A DNA stretch of 63,197 bases, the filler included, from Hyphochytrium catenoides (taxonomy: Eukaryota; Protista; Hyphochytriomycota), in NCBI GenBank assembly GCA_900088475.1. It is 13 parts of 13 records of this genome, joined end to end, with 100 filler letters (N's around TTAATTAATTAA, not from the genome) between each part and the next. Parts side by side here need not be neighbours in the genome. Positions count along the whole stretch, not along the records: positions 32,812 to 39,831 come from FLMG01001870.1; positions 39,932 to 41,564 come from FLMG01000747.1; positions 41,665 to 42,972 come from FLMG01001348.1; positions 43,073 to 46,528 come from FLMG01000208.1; positions 46,629 to 59,096 come from FLMG01004460.1; 8 more parts are not named here. One strand, written 5' to 3'. Both the position numbers and the translations under genes were made by a program. The notes under the pieces were generated by a model. That model was not told the DNA's origin and ran no database searches. It worked only from the letters and a program-made list of their open reading frames with translations. Every line of letters starts with the position of its first letter. Within the stretch, counting starts at the first letter, position 1. Positions 38,713-50,056 of the stretch are shown piece by piece.

Positions 38713-39536
38713 TGGAGCATTGCTACGAGCAGAACGTTAGCAAGGCCAACATAAGGAGAGAGACGGCAAGGCAGACATCTACCACGAGCACCTCCCGCTA
38801 ACACAAGGCCAGGAAAGGTGAAATGGGGCAGGCTTACTCTCACAAAACCCAGACAAGCAAGGAGGTCGACGAACCAGATCATGACATGGGCGCGAAGCGC
38901 TCGAGAACTATGAAAGGACTAAGCCTTCCGTAAGCTACTTCGGGAGAAATAAGAGAAGTGCCAAGGGGTAATAGTAATAGATCGGCTAAAAGAAATGTCT
39001 GCACCCCTATTGTTGAACGGGTGATTGAGGTCAAGGAGTCGCAATGGACCAGGAAGATACCAAGAGCATGGAAGTACCTAAAGAAAGCCGTGATGATGGA
39101 TGCAGGCAAACAAGCCCTAGGCTAGACAACCGGGAGACAAACAAGGAGCAAGGAAGCCAACAACTAAGGGCGATACGTAGACAACTTAGTGAGGTAGTAG
39201 GCAGATGGAGCAATCCTGCTACAGCCAGACACAGAGGAGGCCTCGGCACATATTTTCAGCCATACGAGCACTTTTTAAAGGGAAACTTTCAGGCACGATT
39301 TCGGCCCAAAATCACCTCTTTTCGGAGCTTTCAAAGAGTGACAGGGGGTAAATTGGCATCGCTGAGTTCATTGGTGCCGTTATTTTCTTCTGAAAGCGCC
39401 TCGTTTTGGAGATATTGTCCATTTTATCAAGGCAAGAAGAACACCAAATCCTACGGACACAAAGTCTCATATTGTCCATTTCTCTATTCATTCTCATTAT
39501 CAAGACCTATTTCAAGCCCCCAGAATCATCAACATA

Positions 39537-39831
39537 ATGAGCTCTTTCTTGGTTACGATATCAAAGCTACAAGGGATGGAGGACTACCCTGTTTGGCGAT
39601 TGAAGATGGAGGCTTATCTCGATGAACTGAATCTCCTTCATCATGTTGACGGGAGCCAAGGATCCCCTGATATCTCCTCAAAGAACAAGTCCATATCTAC
39701 GTCTAGGGCTACGATGCAGTCTTCTTGGCTAAAGAATGACAAAAGGGCGTTCAACAAAATTGTTTTGGCAGTGGCTGATGACATTGTTCCACTTCTACCT
39801 CGTAGAGGAACTGCGAGAGAAGCTTGGCTCA
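39537..39831 (+). mobile_element. Ty1/copia gag N-terminus (open frame, truncated by scaffold end)
   Basis: ISKLQGMEDYPVWRLKMEAYLDELNLLHHVDG...WLKNDKRAFNKIVLAVADDI...TAREAWL fits the DUF4219/Retrotran_gag_2 pattern. Confidence 0.85.
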
Positions 39832-39932
39832 NNNNNNNNNNNNNNNNNNNNNNNNNNNNNNNNNNNNNNNNNNNNTTAATTAATTAANNNNNNNNNNNNN
39901 NNNNNNNNNNNNNNNNNNNNNNNNNNNNNNNT

Positions 39933-41564
39933 TATGGCGATTTCTGTAGTGATCCACTCGTGGACGGGCCCTTCTATTACCCTTCCTTTTCTTTAGCAGA
40001 AGAGAGAGAGACCAAAGAGGGAGAGATTGAGAGGAAGAGTGTCCTTTTTGGAAGAGATTGTCGAGAGGCAGAGAGAGAGAGAGAAGCACTTAGAAAAAGA
40101 GAGATAGTTTTTATGCGTTACAGAACTGGATGCAGGGCCCCATAGGAAACGCGTTTGTGGATGAAAACGTGCGTCAAGGGGAGTTACCCCGGCATTGACA
40201 GTCCCAGGGACAAACCGGCTTGGCTGTGACTAGCGCTGTGTGTTCATTAAGACCTTTACATCCGGACCCTACCCACGGGGGGACCCCACATTCTGGTGGG
40301 TGGGCTATGTAATTACTGTAATGACTATATTTGGACACTTTCCATAGATTGAGAGGGTGGAACCACCCACAACCTTTTAGTGTGACAAGGGACAGAGGGC
40401 CCCCACCCCCCTTTCTATGGGCCCATGACATTAGGGTGGGTGGTACATCTGTACTTGTTCTCGAGATTTCGTGCATTTCCTTTTGGCTTTTTCGGGCGGA
40501 AAGGAGGTTTAGGTGCTAAATTAGGTGAGGCATTACCGTTACAAACTAGCGGCTACATGCTCTACTACTGAGGAGTCCCAGTAGTTACTGGCTAGCGTTA
40601 GCACTCTGTGCGGGACGTCTCTCCTGCACTGTCTCTACACTGGGCTGGGCTGGTCTTCTTGTAGCTGATGAGTGCTTCTCTCTGGAACTTGATGAATGAC
40701 TAAAGAGAACTACCCACAGCTAATCAATCACTAAGTAGTCCCATAACTTCTTCTACATCATCAATAAGCCTATCTAACCTTAGTACTGAGATTCTCTAAA
40801 GTTTTTAAAGGTCCTTCCCGAGAGAGAGGGGAAGAGAGAGAGAGAGAAGAGCAGGATGACAAGATTGAGAGCACTTTCATCCTCCACGATCCTCTAACTC
40901 GTTAAGGGTCCTTCGAGAGAGAGGGGAAGAGGGAAGAGAGAGAATGATGAGCATATTCGGTAGCTAAGCTAGGTTAGCTCTAGGAGAACTCTAGACCAGG
41001 GCTCGATCAGCCAGTTGATGATGGGAATATCTCACAATCCACCTCGCTCCATGAGCACTTAGCTAAACGTAACGAGGGGACGAGAAGAAGACTTTTAAGT
41101 TTCACTGTGGGAGTCACCATTATTGGAGACAGAATATGCTGTCCTCATACAGCTCCCGGACCCTGCTGATCTGTAGCTGCCGCTAGGAGGCCTGGTACGA
41201 AGCAAAAGAGGCATGATACCATGCAGATCTCACAGGCGCCGTGCCGCTCGAGGAGACGCAGCAAGCGAAACAAGACACGGAAAATAGAGATAAAAAATAA
41301 AAAATAAGGCGGTCCGGACATTGCCCTTGTTCCACCATTGACTGTTTGTTAGCTGAGTATCACCTTGTAGGTTACTTTACGCCTGCAGAGGTTAGGGGGT
41401 GGGTCATCTCCTTGTAACGGACGAGGGACGAAGACGCTGCCTATCCACCCTGTCTTGTCATAGTCAAGAGATGTCAAGATGTACTCTACCCGCCCATGCA
41501 GTTGTGACTACATGACTCAGTGATAGAAAGGGTTAGGCTAACCTTTCTTCTTTGCATGTTGAGG
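39933..41564 (+). mobile_element. Possible non-coding LTR element: LTR end, ~870-bp internal region, LTR start
   Basis: CCGTTACA ending at 40543 and TGTAACGG starting at 41413 are perfect inverted LTR-type termini. G-rich AGGGGGTGGG precedes the latter. The LTR copies cannot be compared because the scaffold is truncated. Confidence 0.35.
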
Positions 41565-41664
41565 NNNNNNNNNNNNNNNNNNNNNNNNNNNNNNNNNNNN
41601 NNNNNNNNTTAATTAATTAANNNNNNNNNNNNNNNNNNNNNNNNNNNNNNNNNNNNNNNNNNNN

Positions 41665-42972
41665 TTGCCTCCAACGAGTTAGCCGCTGTCAGAACACCAC
41701 CAATATACGTGTTCTTAGCAACACCAACACCACCACTCACGATCAATGACCCCGTGCTACTATCAGAAGACTCAGCGTTATTAGTGGCATACAACTTGCC
41801 TCCAAAATATGAGTCCAGGCTTACGGCAAGACCTCCAGACACCACCATTGAAGCCGTAGTCGTCGAACTAGCTTCTAAAGAGTTAGCCGCCGTCAATACA
41901 CCACCAATATACGTGTTCTTAGCAACACCAACACCACCACTCACAATCAATGACCCCGTGCTGCTATCAGAAGACTCAGCGTTATTAGTGGCATACACCT
42001 TGCCGCCAAAATATGAGTCCAGGCCTACGCCAAGACCTCCAGACACCACCATAGAAGCCATAGTCGTCGAACTAGCCTCCAAAGAGTTAGACGCTGTCAG
42101 TACACCACCAATATACGTGTTCTTAGCCACACCAACACCACCACTCACAATCAATGATCCCGTGCTACTATCAGATGCGTCAACGTTGTTAGTGGCATAC
42201 ACTTTGCCTCCAAAATATGAGTCCAGGCCTACACCGAGACCTCCAGACACCACCATGGAAGCCGTAGTCGTCGAACTAGCCTCTAAAGAGTTAGCAGCTG
42301 TCAGAACACCACCAATATACGTGTTCTTAGCAACACCAACACCNNNNNNNNNNNNNNNNNNNNNNNNNNNNNNNNNNNNNNNNNNNNNNNNNNNNNNNNN
42401 NNNNCTCCAAAGTATGAGTCCAGGCCTACGCCAAGACCTCCAGACACCACCATGGAAGCCGTAACCGTCGAACTAGCTTCCAAAGAGTTAGCCGCTGTCA
42501 GTACACCACCAATATACGTGTTCTTAGCAATACCCACACCACCACTCACAACCAACGAACCCGTGGTGCTATCAGAAGCGTCCGCGCTATTACTGGCATA
42601 CACCTTGCCTCCAAAATATGAGTCCAGGCCTACGCCAAGACCTCCAGACACCACCATGGAAGCCGTAGTCGTCGAACTAGCTTCTAAAGAGTTAGCAGCT
42701 GTCAGTACACCACCAATATACGTGTTCTTGGCCACTCCGACGCCACCACTCACAATCAATGAACCCGTGCTACTATCAGAAGACTCAGCGTTATTAGTGG
42801 CATACAACTTGCCTCCAAAGTATGAGTCCAGGCTTACGCCAAGACCTCCAGACACCACCATGGAAGCCGTAGTCGTCGAACTAGCCTCTAAAGAGTTAGC
42901 CGCCGTCAATACACCACCAATATACGTGTTCTTAGCCACACCAACACCACCACTCACAATTAATGAACCGGT
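41665..42972 (-). CDS. Internal fragment of a tandem-repeat protein (68-aa unit of two 34-aa halves), viral/phage fibre-like
   Basis: 204-bp period with unit ASMVVSGGLGVGLDSYFGGKVYATNNAESSDSSTGSLIVSGGVGVAKNTYIGGVLTAANSLEASSTTT. Variation is mostly at third codon positions. No introns or (CT)n. Confidence 0.75.
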
Positions 42973-43667
42973 NNNNNNNNNNNNNNNNNNNNNNNNNNNN
43001 NNNNNNNNNNNNNNNNTTAATTAATTAANNNNNNNNNNNNNNNNNNNNNNNNNNNNNNNNNNNNNNNNNNNNTAGAGGAAAAGAGGGAACACAACAGAGA
43101 GAGAGAGAGAGAGAGAGAGTTTTTATGTCAAAGGAAGAACAGCTGATCAATCTAAAAGCCAGAGAATGGGTAATGGAGAGAGAAAGGACGGGAACAAAGA
43201 AGCACCAAACGAGCAGCAAAAAGAAGGAAGATATGGAGTAACACTAAGAGAGAGAGAAAAGGAAGAAGAGAGTACAGAAGTAGCTGCCGGCGGAGCAAGA
43301 GAAGAGTACGTTTCCTTCTCCAAACATAGCGACCCTGAGTTCGTTTTTCACTGATTAGCTTCTGCCCTCCTTAGAAGTTGTGGAGTACGTCTATATATAG
43401 AGCGAGTGAGGTGATACAAGGGATGCGAAAGAGAGCCACAGAGAGAGAGAGAGAAAAAGAGAGAGAAAGGAGAGAGAGAGAGAGAGAGAGAAAAAGAGTG
43501 ACAAAGTAGGAGAAAATGGGAGGGGCCCGTGGTCGTCAAAGGGATAAACCTTTTACTACTCTATGACATTATACTATTTACAATTAGAGCTCATTCGACG
43601 ACAGAGCATCTTCCTGTTCTCTCTTTCCCTTCTTCTCTTTTCTATAGAGCTTTCCCGTTCCTACTCC

Positions 43668-44693
43668 CTAGTTGTCCCTTAAGATTTGAGAGACGGAGAG
43701 AGGAGAAGCGGGAGGAGAAGAGGCAGGACGAGAAACAGAAGAAGTTGGAGGAGGAAGAGAGGGCGGGGTAGTTGGATCCACACGTTGGAAGTGCCTCAGG
43801 CACATGTCTCCAACCTTCGCAAACCGATTGCATTGCTCTATTTTACATCTCTGACTGCTCGAGGAGGCGCCATGAGCAGAGCACACGCCTCTTCCGGTCT
43901 TTGCTCGTCGTGTACACTCCGGCTCAGAGCACCGGTTCACTTGGGCGCCGTGCCTGATGCAGATCCCGCCTCTCACGGCGCGATTGGCGCAGTTCAAGAC
44001 AGCGCAAGCCTTGACAAAAGCCCCATGGCTGATGCATTTTCCTGCCTGCACCACCTTCTTCGTACATCCTTCCACCTTGCAAATTCGTTTGCGCGGAGAA
44101 GTGAGAGAGGACGAGGCTGTCGAAGACGATGAAGGCTTGGTTGCCCTACCGCTGCTGCTGCTCTTCTTATTATTCCGCGCCTTCTTCTGGGCTCTGGCGG
44201 CAGTGGAGCCTTTGTCTGCTTCTTCTCCTCGGCTGGAAGTAGTGGTGCTCGTCGTGGAGGGCGGAGGAGGAGAGGAAGAAGCTTGTGCTCTCGTTGGTGG
44301 CTCGACCGTCTCTTCGTCTACCGCGGAGAGAAAGAGGAGAGGTCTCTTTCTTGCTCCTATCTTTCTTTCTACTGTGAAGGCGGCGAGTGATGGTCTCTCT
44401 TGCGCCAGTGGCTTGCTGGTCATATAAACAGCTCGAGGGCTATGTTGGCCACTTAGTCTAAGCTCTGGACTGGCGCCTCCGGAAGGTGTCCGGGGAAGAG
44501 ATGGAAAGAGAGAGAGGAACGTGGACTGGAGCTGGGCGTCACGAAGAAAGCGAGGAATGTCCGCTGAGATGCTGCTTCGAGCCGCTTGGATCTTCTTCAA
44601 CGTCGCCGCCTCTCTCTCCTCGGATTGTGTGCTGTGTGGCGCTTGAGAGCTGATCCCATCATCTCGTTGCATGATGGTAGTGCTGGAGCACAT
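43668..44693 (-). CDS. WRKY19-like C-x4-C-x9/10-C-x2-H zinc-finger repeat protein
   Basis: Four fingers (CKVEGC...CISHG, CAVLNC...CIRHG, CSEPEC...CSAHG, CKIEQC...CLRH) follow a Ser-rich region in a single 341-aa ORF. Confidence 0.8.
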   Translation of the reverse strand: MCSSTTIMQRDDGISSQAPHSTQSEEREAATLKKIQAARSSISADIPRFLRDAQLQSTFLSLFPSLPRTPSGGASPELRLSGQHSPRAVYMTSKPLAQERPSLAAFTVERKIGARKRPLLFLSAVDEETVEPPTRAQASSSPPPPSTTSTTTSSRGEEADKGSTAARAQKKARNNKKSSSSGRATKPSSSSTASSSLTSPRKRICKVEGCTKKVVQAGKCISHGAFVKACAVLNCANRAVRGGICIRHGAQVNRCSEPECTRRAKTGRGVCSAHGASSSSQRCKIEQCNRFAKVGDMCLRHFQRVDPTTPPSLPPPTSSVSRPASSPPASPLSVSQILRDN

Positions 44694-44705
44694 GTTTCCC
44701 GGAAA

Positions 44706-44736
<31 letters not shown>

Positions 44737-45012
44737 CTGTGGAAGTTGGTTTAGCGTCGAGGGGCGTTGATTGTCTCTCACGTTCTTTTTATGGAAAGGA
44801 AGACTAACCCAGTCTTCTTTCTCTTCACGAGGGGATGATCGGCTGAGCGCTAGTGAGTGAAAAAGGAAGTGAGAGGGAACGTCCCAGTGATGAGACTGCC
44901 ATAAGAAGATGATCATCGGGTCTGATCACTGCTACATCGGCTCGCAGTTAATGATGGTGCCGAAGCAAAGCGAGAAAGATGGTGAACAGAAGAGAGAGAG
45001 AGAGAGAGAGAG

Positions 45013-45074
<62 letters not shown>

Positions 45075-45865
45075 AAGCCTTCAACCACATGAACGAAGCG
45101 ACACAAAGATCATTGAAAGGTCGAAGTAACCAAGTCAAATAGAGTCGGACACTACCATTGGAACCTTCTCTCACTCTTCAACGGCATCCCTCCTACTGAT
45201 CTCCCCACCTTTGTCTCTTTGCCTTGAGCGCTCCGTCATCGTCCCACCGCAAGCATGTCTAGGAAGGAAGATCGACAGAGGCTGTCCATTGTTTTGAAAC
45301 CCTAGGAAAAAAGGAGAGAGAGAAAGTGGACAAAGATCGTCGGTTGCACTTAGGGTGCCCGGACGCCTTCGTCTTCTTTCCTTATTGAATCAAGGCAAGC
45401 CTGACTATTCTGTGAGGACATTGAAGAGCAATATATGCTGGAAGATGGAAGACGTCTCTCTCTCTCTCTCTCTCTCTCCCNNNNNNNNNNNNNNNNNNNN
45501 NNNNNNNNNNNNNNNNCGTCGAAGGGCATAATCTGAGACGGCAACGGCATGACCTCCTGTCCTACGTTAACCTTTCCATCTCCTCACGTGAAGAGGAGCC
45601 AAGAGGAGGAGAAACAGAGATCTGGCCCAATAGAAGAGATGGCGACGCCGCCTCCCAAGACGATGATGAGCTGTCCCATGGTCAGTTGTAGTGAAGACCG
45701 GGCAATAAGTGCTGCTAATAAGGAGAGAGATGACGAGAGAAGAGAGAGAGGAAGAGAGAAAGAGACAAGCTGAGGAGCCTACCAAAGAGAACAAGAGAAA
45801 GAGGAGCCAACATCGTTACGGGAGAGGAAAGAGAGCCCACGCGAGATAAGACTGAGGGGTAAGAC

Positions 45866-45919
<54 letters not shown>

Positions 45920-46628
45920 TGCTGCTGTCAGGGGCCACCTAAATCCTCCGCCTTGATGGATTACTTGAATCTAGAAATCTAGAACAAAAGACTGTTGAGG
46001 TCCTAGAATACAGCGATAAACCTCATGCTATTATTTATTATGGAGTAGGAAAAAGGTCCACCCTCTTGACTCCCTACAAAGATATGGTCAGTTTAGACAT
46101 TTAGAACTAAAAATGGTGGAGTTGGACACTGTCTCCACAGTTCCAGCACATTTCTTGTCCTAATCTCTTATTAAGGGTCAAATCAGCCCTATTCTACTGT
46201 GCTAAGCCCTAATACCTTCTGTAAAAGGGTCAAGCAGCTTTGGTGTTGGCCACTTTAGGTGAGTCATCTACGCCGCTATGCTCCCCTACTAGTCATGGGT
46301 GTCCGTCCATATCTCGTGTCTTCTCTGTCTGCCTCGCTGTCTCTCTGTCTCCCCAACTCTATGTTTTCCCCGCCTCTCTGTCTCTTATATCTCTCTGTCT
46401 CTTTCGCTACTCTGTCTCTCCGTCACTCTGTCTTCATCGGCCACCATGTTTGCCCGTGTCTTCTCTGTCTTCCTCCACGTTCTCTCTTTGTCTTCCTTTC
46501 TCTTCTTGTCCTCTCTCTCTCTCTCTCTNNNNNNNNNNNNNNNNNNNNNNNNNNNNNNNNNNNNNNNNNNNNTTAATTAATTAANNNNNNNNNNNNNNNN
46601 NNNNNNNNNNNNNNNNNNNNNNNNNNNN

Positions 46629-49322
46629 TGTGGGAGCTTCCGTAGGAACAGATGTAGGACCAGCAGTGGGAGCTTCTGTGGGAGCTTCCGTGGGAGCTTC
46701 CGTAGGAGCTTCCGTAGGAACAGATGTGGGACCAGCAGTGGGAGCTTCCGTTGGAACAGATGTCGGACCAGCAGTGGGAGCTTCTGTGGGAGCTTCTGCG
46801 GGAGCTTCGGTGGGAGCTTCCGTAGGAACAGTTGTAGGACCAGCAGTGGGAGCTTCTGTGGGAGCTTCCGTAGGAACAGATGTAGGACCAGCAGTGGGAG
46901 CTTCCGTGGGAACTGAAGTCGGACCAGCAGTGGGAGCTTCCGTGGGAGCTTCCGTAGGAACAGATGTAGGACCAGCAGTGGGAGGTTCTGTGGTGGGAGC
47001 TTCTGTGGGAGCCTCCGTAGGAACAAATGTAGGACTAGCAGTGGGAGGTTCCGAGGGAGCTTCCGTAGGAACAGAAGTCGGACCAGCAGTGGGAGCTTCC
47101 GTGGGAGCTTCCGTAGGAACAGATGTCGGACCAGCAGTGGGAGCTTCTGTGGGAGCTTCCGTGGGAGCTTCCGTAGGAACAGATGTAGGACCAGCAGTGG
47201 GAGCTTCCGAGGGAGCTTCTGTGGGAGCTTCTGTGGGAACTTCTGTGGGAGCTTCTGTGGGAGCTTCTGTGGGAGCTTCCGTAGGAACAGATGTAGGACC
47301 AGCAGTGGGAGCTTCCGTAGGAACAGATGTCGGACCAGCAGTGGGAGCTTCCGTGGGAACTGAAGTCGGACCAGCAGTGGGAGCTTCCGTGGGAGCGTCG
47401 GTGGGAGCGTCGGTGGGAGCTTCGATGGGAGCAGATGTAGGAACAGAAGTGGGAGCTTCCGTGGGAGCAATAGGAGTGGGGGCTTCAGTAGGAACAGATG
47501 TAGGAGCTTCGGTGGGAGCTTCGATGGGAGCAGATGTAGGATCAGAAGTGGGGACTTCCGTGGGAGCAACAGAAGTGGGGGCTTCAGTGGGAATAGGTGT
47601 GGGAACAGAAGTGGGGGCTTCGATGGGAGCAGATGTAGGATCAGAAGTGGGGACTTCCGTGGGAGCAACAGAAGTGGGGGCTTCAGTGGGAACAGGTGTA
47701 GGAACNNNNNNNNNNNNNNNNNNNNNNNNNNTGCCAGTCTGATAAGTGCCATGAGTCACAGCGTAATCCCACGTCCTATCATCATAGCTCTCACTCTTCC
47801 AGGGTCCTTCGGCCATAGAAGCACGGATGCACTTCCATTGAGTGTTAGTGACATTCCCTGGTTGGCTTCGAGGAGTATATATGACAATGGAACGAGCAGT
47901 ATTGAGGTTGGCATTTTTAGCGAACACGGAAAGGAAGGCAGCTTTAGGAATAAGATATCTTGCACCTTGCTCCCAGTAATAGGGGTTAGAGCCCACCAGC
48001 TGGGCGTTTGCATACAGCTCGTAAGAGTCATCAGCAAAGATGTAGAGTTCATCGTAGTCCTGAGCCTGCAATGCCAGAGTAGCGGTGTAGTTGCGGGCCA
48101 TACGACAGTATACATTTGTCGAGAAGTTGGAGTCCCAAATCCATTGGGCCGTGGTGTCAATCTGCCTGAAATACGGGGACGTAGTTATTTGATTGTACCA
48201 TGGAGAGGACATCTTGGTTCCGTGGCCTCGCGCGTAGGGCCAGGCACTGTCATCATAATCTCGCAACGTCCAGCTAATATCTGTCGGGCTAAATCTAGAG
48301 GCTGAGATGCATCGCCAACTAAAGTCTGAAACCATCGTGCCCCATGTCATCAGAGCTCCGGAGGGGTTATAACCATATTGCCCTCCAATCCAGTTGGTCA
48401 AGTTTACCGCAATGAATGCATCAACAGGAATATTGTAGGATTGAACTGATTGCCACGCCGAACCAAAGCCAACTGGCGCACCATCCGCGTACAGTGTAAA
48501 TTCGTTATCAACTGTGATATAAAATGTCTCCGTCTCCGTCTTGGGGTTTGCTCTGGGAAGTATTACCTGGTATGAACTATTCCTTGGCGTCTCCGTCTCC
48601 GCTGCCACTTCTGTAGGACCGTAAGGTGAAATATCCACAGAATATGCCCCGTCTTTTAGAAACTCAAAGAGCGGCCCGGTGAAGCACCTGATCTCTATAG
48701 GGCCATATAGAGTGACCACGTCGCCGTTTAGATCATCACCAGAGTAAAGCCTGACACGAAATTTGCCAGGAATCTCTACACCTGTGATCGGGTGGTTGAT
48801 ATTGCCTAAGGACTTTAGCTGACTTCTTTTGTACGATCGAATGTTCAATGACTTCTTCTTTTGGCCACTCCTGCAATTCCGAAGCCTGACGCTAATTATG
48901 GGACTAGGAGTCGGCGCTGGTGTAGGTGCAGGCGTTGGCGCCGGTGTCGGTCGTGGGGTAGGTGGGGGAGTAGGCATACGTGTGGGAGCTGGAGTGGGGG
49001 CAGGCGAAGGCTTCGGCCCTGAGTCCTTCTTACCGAAACCCAGAATGGCGTAGAGTAAGTCCTCTAAGACGTCTTTCAGGTCATCGTTCTTCTTATTGTC
49101 AGCCTCTACCAGCATCCCAAAGGAAGTTCGAGGACGTAAAGGCGGAGAGCTCAAGAAGAGAAGAAGCAGGGCTATGATAAAGAAAAAGGTGCCTGTGCTT
49201 CTGCAACGCCAGCTCCGTTTCATACTAGGAACGTGGCGTTCGGGCTTGCTGGCACCGATGGCTCTACTATGAAGCGGCATTGTGACCTCTCCGGAGTCTG
49301 CGGGACTTTCCAGGAATCTCAC
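46629..49322 (-). CDS. Secreted/surface glycoprotein: hydrophobic leader, Pro/Thr linker, beta/gamma-crystallin-like motif, two lectin-like domains, PTEA mucin stalk (3' truncated)
   Basis: Long intronless ORF with [12 protein letters not shown] and [22 protein letters not shown]. Two copies of (T/A)xDxxxxLYA(D/N)...W(R/K)C...W...YDD..W..A are followed by more than 350 aa of [12 protein letters not shown] repeats. Confidence 0.8.
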
Positions 49323-50036
49323 AATGGCGGCCGCTGCGTAGGTGTCGCGCGCGGAACCAGAGACTGTGGATTGTACTCAAAGTGCAAACTAGCCCCAGTC
49401 GGAGACGTCACGACAATTTTGTATGAAAGCTGTGGCTGTCTCTCATACACGCCATCATATGGCAAAAGGGATGTAGAGGAGGCAATCTAGTGAAGGTGAT
49501 GCTAGATGAATCATCGCATACCAGCAGAATTAAAAGAAGCTAGAGCCTAGAGTTTGGGCCTACTCAGAAAGAGCACTGTTCTCTCCTTCCGCCCTTACCT
49601 CAACGGCCTTTCGAAAATTTGCTGAAGAGATGTAGCATTCTGTCCTCCGCCTCATGTTGTTAGCATCTGAACCCACACGACCTCTGCCCGTAACGCCTTG
49701 CAAGAGCATCCTTGGCCTTTGAAGCCTCTTTTCGATACCGTCGGCTGTCTAATGAGGATTGACCACATCATCACTGGTCCATGAGTTCGTTTATTGAGGG
49801 AGGAGGCTGAAGGGAAAGTGCAAAGACTGAAACGGACGACAGAAAGGGATTGTAACGACCAAACCTGGTCGTCTTTCGATAATCAATAAAGCGATAATCA
49901 CAGAAGAGACAAGATGGATGAGAGAGAGGAAGAAAGCTATAGAAGGAACTAGCAGAGAGGGTGTGTGGGGCGGATAGCGAAGCTGATGATGGAAGACTTG
50001 CATGGGTGCCGCTGTTGTTGCAGAAGAACTGTAGGA

Positions 50037-50056
50037 TTAGGGTTAGGGTTCGGGTT
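50037..50056 (+). repeat. Short interstitial telomere-like repeat
   Basis: TTAGGGTTAGGGTTCGGGTT. Confidence 0.5.

Noticed and set aside
41709-43024. Open plus-strand frame (FLATPTPPLTIN...) opposite the 68-aa repeat
   Set aside because: A stop-free antisense frame is expected for a Gly/Val/Ser repeat, and the minus-strand product matches a recognisable motif.
41665-47705. Regularly spaced repeats considered as a CRISPR array
   Set aside because: They are contiguous coding repeats without unique spacers, in a eukaryotic context with no cas genes.
46630-47742. 370-aa plus-strand GASV-repeat ORF and 391-aa alternative-frame LPRK ORF
   Set aside because: Antisense and shifted-frame shadows of the PTEA mucin repeat.
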